Shown piece after piece: positions 36,065 to 38,016 of a stretch of 38,016 bases of DNA. The DNA is from Thermohalobaculum sp. (lineage in GTDB: Bacteria > Pseudomonadota > Alphaproteobacteria > Rhodobacterales > Rhodobacteraceae): NCBI GenBank assembly GCA_032251175.1, contig JAVVFE010000001.1, positions 1 through 38,016 of the forward strand, given 5' to 3'. A program made the translations under genes and the position numbers. The notes under the pieces were generated by a model that saw only the letters and a program-made list of their open reading frames with translations, ran no database searches and had not been told where the DNA came from. How positions within the stretch are numbered: position 1 is the stretch's first letter; the number at the start of each line of letters is the position of its first letter.

Positions 36065-37648
36065 TCAGGCCAGCCAGCATTTCGAGGCGGCATAGCCACC
36101 CATCATCTCGCCGTTCGGGTCGCTCACCCAGCCCTCGACCTTGTCGGTCGCGGCATCGATGAAGTCGTTGAACATCGGGCAGATCAGGCCGCCTTCGTCG
36201 CGCACGATATGGGCCATCTCGCTGTACATGCCCTTGCGCTTGGCTTCGTCCAGCTCAGCCCGCGCCGCCAGCAGAAGGCTGTCGAACTTCGGGTTGTTGA
36301 AGCGCGTGTCGTTCCAGTCGGCGGTGGACAGGTAGGCGGTCGAATACATCTGGTCCTGCACCGGCCTGCCGCCCCAGTAGGACGCGCAGAACGGCTGCTT
36401 GTTCCAGACCTCGGACCAGTAGCCGTCGCCCGGCTCGCGCTTGATCTCGAGCGTGATGCCCGCCTTGGCGGCCGACTGCTGGAACAACTGCGCCGCGTCG
36501 ATCGCGCCAGGGAAGGCCACTTCCGAGGTGCGCAGCAGAACCGCGCCGTCATGGCCCGATTTCTTGTAGTGGAACGCCGCCTTGTCGGGATCGTAGGCAC
36601 GCTGCTCGATGGTGTCGTCGAACAGCGGATAGGCCGCATTGATCGGAATGTCGTTGCCGACCCCGCCATAGCCCTGCAGGATCTTGTCGACCAACTCCTG
36701 CCGGTCGATCGCGTATTTCAGCGCCAGGCGCAGGTCGTTGTTGTCGAACGGCGCGGTGTTGGTGTGCATGATGAAGACGTAATGCCCGCGGCCCGACACG
36801 TTCAGCACCCGCACCCCCGGCACCCTGCCGACCAGCTTGGCGAGCTTGGGCTCGAGCCGGTTGATCATGTGCACCTGACCCGACTGCAACGCCGAGGTGC
36901 GCGCGGTCGCGTCGTTGATCACCAGGATCTCGACGGTATCGACATGGCCGCGCTCGTCCGACCAGTAGTTGGCGAACTTCTCGTAGACATGCCGCACGCC
37001 GGGCTCGTTGACGGCGACCTTGTAGGGGCCGCTGCCGATGCCCTCGGCCGGGTTGTCGCGCCCGCCATTGGGCTGGATCATCAGGTGATAATCGGCCAGC
37101 AGGAAGGGCAGGTCGGCATTCGCCGTGCCCAGCGTCAGGACGACATAGTCGCCATCGACCTTCATCTCCGAGATGCCCTGCACGATGCCCAGCGCGCCCG
37201 ACTGCGATTTCTCGTCGGTGTGGCGCTGCAGCGTGGCCAGCACGTCATCGGGCGTCACGGTCTTGCCGTTGTGGAACTCGATGCCCTTGCGGATGTGGAA
37301 CCGCCAGGTCAGCGCGTCGGCCGAGGCCTCGACCGAATCGGCGATGCGCATCTCGATCGCGCCGGTGGGCCCGACCTCGACCAGCGGCTCGGCGAACTGG
37401 CGCAGGTTGGAATAGGGCACCTGGCTTGCGGCCAGCGCCGGATCGAGCGAGTTGGTGCTCTCGCCGCCCTGAAGGCCGATCCGGAAGGTGCCGCCCTTCT
37501 TCGGCCCTTCGGCGCGCACCGCCGAGGCCAGCATGGCGTTCGCCGCCAGCGCGCTCACGCCCAGCGCCGAGGCCCGGCCCAGAAAATCGCGCCGGCTCAG
37601 CCTGCCGAGTGCCGCGCGCTTGAGGATCCAGCTCAGTTCGTCGGTCAT
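36065..37648 (-). CDS. ABC substrate-binding protein family 5 with Tat signal
   Basis: LSRRDFLG twin-arginine motif, PKKGGTFR, SLDP, RKGIEFHNGKTVTPDDV, GSGPY, APFDNNDLRLALKYAIDR. Confidence 0.95.
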   Translation of the reverse strand: MTDELSWILKRAALGRLSRRDFLGRASALGVSALAANAMLASAVRAEGPKKGGTFRIGLQGGESTNSLDPALAASQVPYSNLRQFAEPLVEVGPTGAIEMRIADSVEASADALTWRFHIRKGIEFHNGKTVTPDDVLATLQRHTDEKSQSGALGIVQGISEMKVDGDYVVLTLGTANADLPFLLADYHLMIQPNGGRDNPAEGIGSGPYKVAVNEPGVRHVYEKFANYWSDERGHVDTVEILVINDATARTSALQSGQVHMINRLEPKLAKLVGRVPGVRVLNVSGRGHYVFIMHTNTAPFDNNDLRLALKYAIDRQELVDKILQGYGGVGNDIPINAAYPLFDDTIEQRAYDPDKAAFHYKKSGHDGAVLLRTSEVAFPGAIDAAQLFQQSAAKAGITLEIKREPGDGYWSEVWNKQPFCASYWGGRPVQDQMYSTAYLSTADWNDTRFNNPKFDSLLLAARAELDEAKRKGMYSEMAHIVRDEGGLICPMFNDFIDAATDKVEGWVSDPNGEMMGGYAASKCWLA

Positions 37649-37663
37649 CAGTTTCCACTCCCG

Positions 37664-37700
37664 GTTGATGGTCGGATCTTGTTGTTGATTGTCGGATCAA
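37664..37700. promoter_or_regulatory. Direct repeat GTTGAT(G/T)GTCGGATC x2 with a 20-bp period upstream of the SBP gene
   Basis: Copies at 37664-37678 and 37684-37698 (14/15 identical); the second extends to TTGAT-N6-ATCAA. Confidence 0.5.
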
Positions 37701-37756
37701 TAAACCGCAAGCCGTCCTTGCGGCAACGAATTCTTTTCCCATGACCCCGATATCGG

Positions 37757-38016
37757 TCAGATATGATCCCGCGGTGTCGATCTTGTGACGTTTCGCGCGA
37801 GAATCATAGCCTCCCCCTCCCATGCTTCCAACTCGGCGCTCAGGTGGAAATGGGTTGCATCGCACCACATCGCGCAGCGCGCCTCGGTGCGCACCTGCCA
37901 GTCGCCGCGCGCCAGCGTCTCGGTCCAGTGGATCGTGCCGCGCGCGCTCAGCGGATCGTCGGGGTGGATGTCCCATCGCTCGCGGGCGATGCTGCCTGCG
38001 GTCAGCCCGGTCTCCG
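37757..38016 (-). CDS. C-terminus of a CocE/NonD (peptidase S15) family hydrolase, partial
   Basis: Manual translation: ETGLTAGSIARERWDIHPDDPLSARGTIHWTETLARGDWQVRTEARCAMWCDATHFHLSAELEAWEGEAMILARNVTRSTPRDHI*, resembling the C-terminal extension of alphaproteobacterial CocE/NonD proteins. Confidence 0.7.
   Translation of the reverse strand, partial: ETGLTAGSIARERWDIHPDDPLSARGTIHWTETLARGDWQVRTEARCAMWCDATHFHLSAELEAWEGEAMILARNVTRSTPRDHI

Noticed and set aside
37685-37700. TTGAT...ATCAA as an FNR/FixK box
   Set aside because: The spacer is 6 nt rather than the required 4; kept only as part of the direct repeat.
1-38016. Many long overlapping ORFs in the six-frame track (e.g. 1194-3149 +, 7488-9632 +, 11175-13016 +, 28035-30056 +, 36209-37744 +)
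   Set aside because: Shadow frames of well-supported genes in high-GC DNA; Arg/Pro/Ala-rich or antisense translations without motifs or RBS.
1-38016. CRISPR arrays, tRNA/rRNA, transposases, integrases, phage or defence genes
   Set aside because: No regularly spaced repeats, cloverleaf or rRNA-like tracts, or recombinase/nuclease motifs were seen by eye.

Overview
High-GC alphaproteobacterial (Rhodobacterales/Rhizobiales-like) DNA that is almost fully coding, with four modules. (1) 1-19.8 kb: a sugar-acid catabolic island with kdgK, xylX-like and araD-like 2-keto-3-deoxypentonate dehydratases, idnD/idnO, a XylD-like and a UxaA-family dehydratase, two beta-hydroxyacid dehydrogenases, two further SDRs, two PhyH-family Fe(II)/2OG dioxygenases, LysE and EamA exporters, a TRAP transporter and a GntR/FadR regulator. 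Three TGGTATACCA palindromes mark its two divergent promoter regions. (2) 20.0-26.1 kb: a sulfide/persulfide oxidation cluster (pdo, DUF442-sqr fusion, sulP, Crp/Fnr, DUF2892, exported rhodanese) with a shared GTGAC-N3-GT(C/T)AC box. (3) 26.3-31.6 kb: a CHASE2 class III adenylate cyclase surrounded by four exported proteins (stand-alone FecR domain, two orphans, TPR lipoprotein) and CRP/Clr-like boxes; this is the least explained part. (4) 31.8-38.0 kb: a Dpp/Opp-type ABC importer between a CocE/NonD hydrolase and an alkaline-phosphatase-superfamily gene. No RNA genes, CRISPR arrays or mobile elements were seen. All calls come from motif recognition by eye; no database searches were run.
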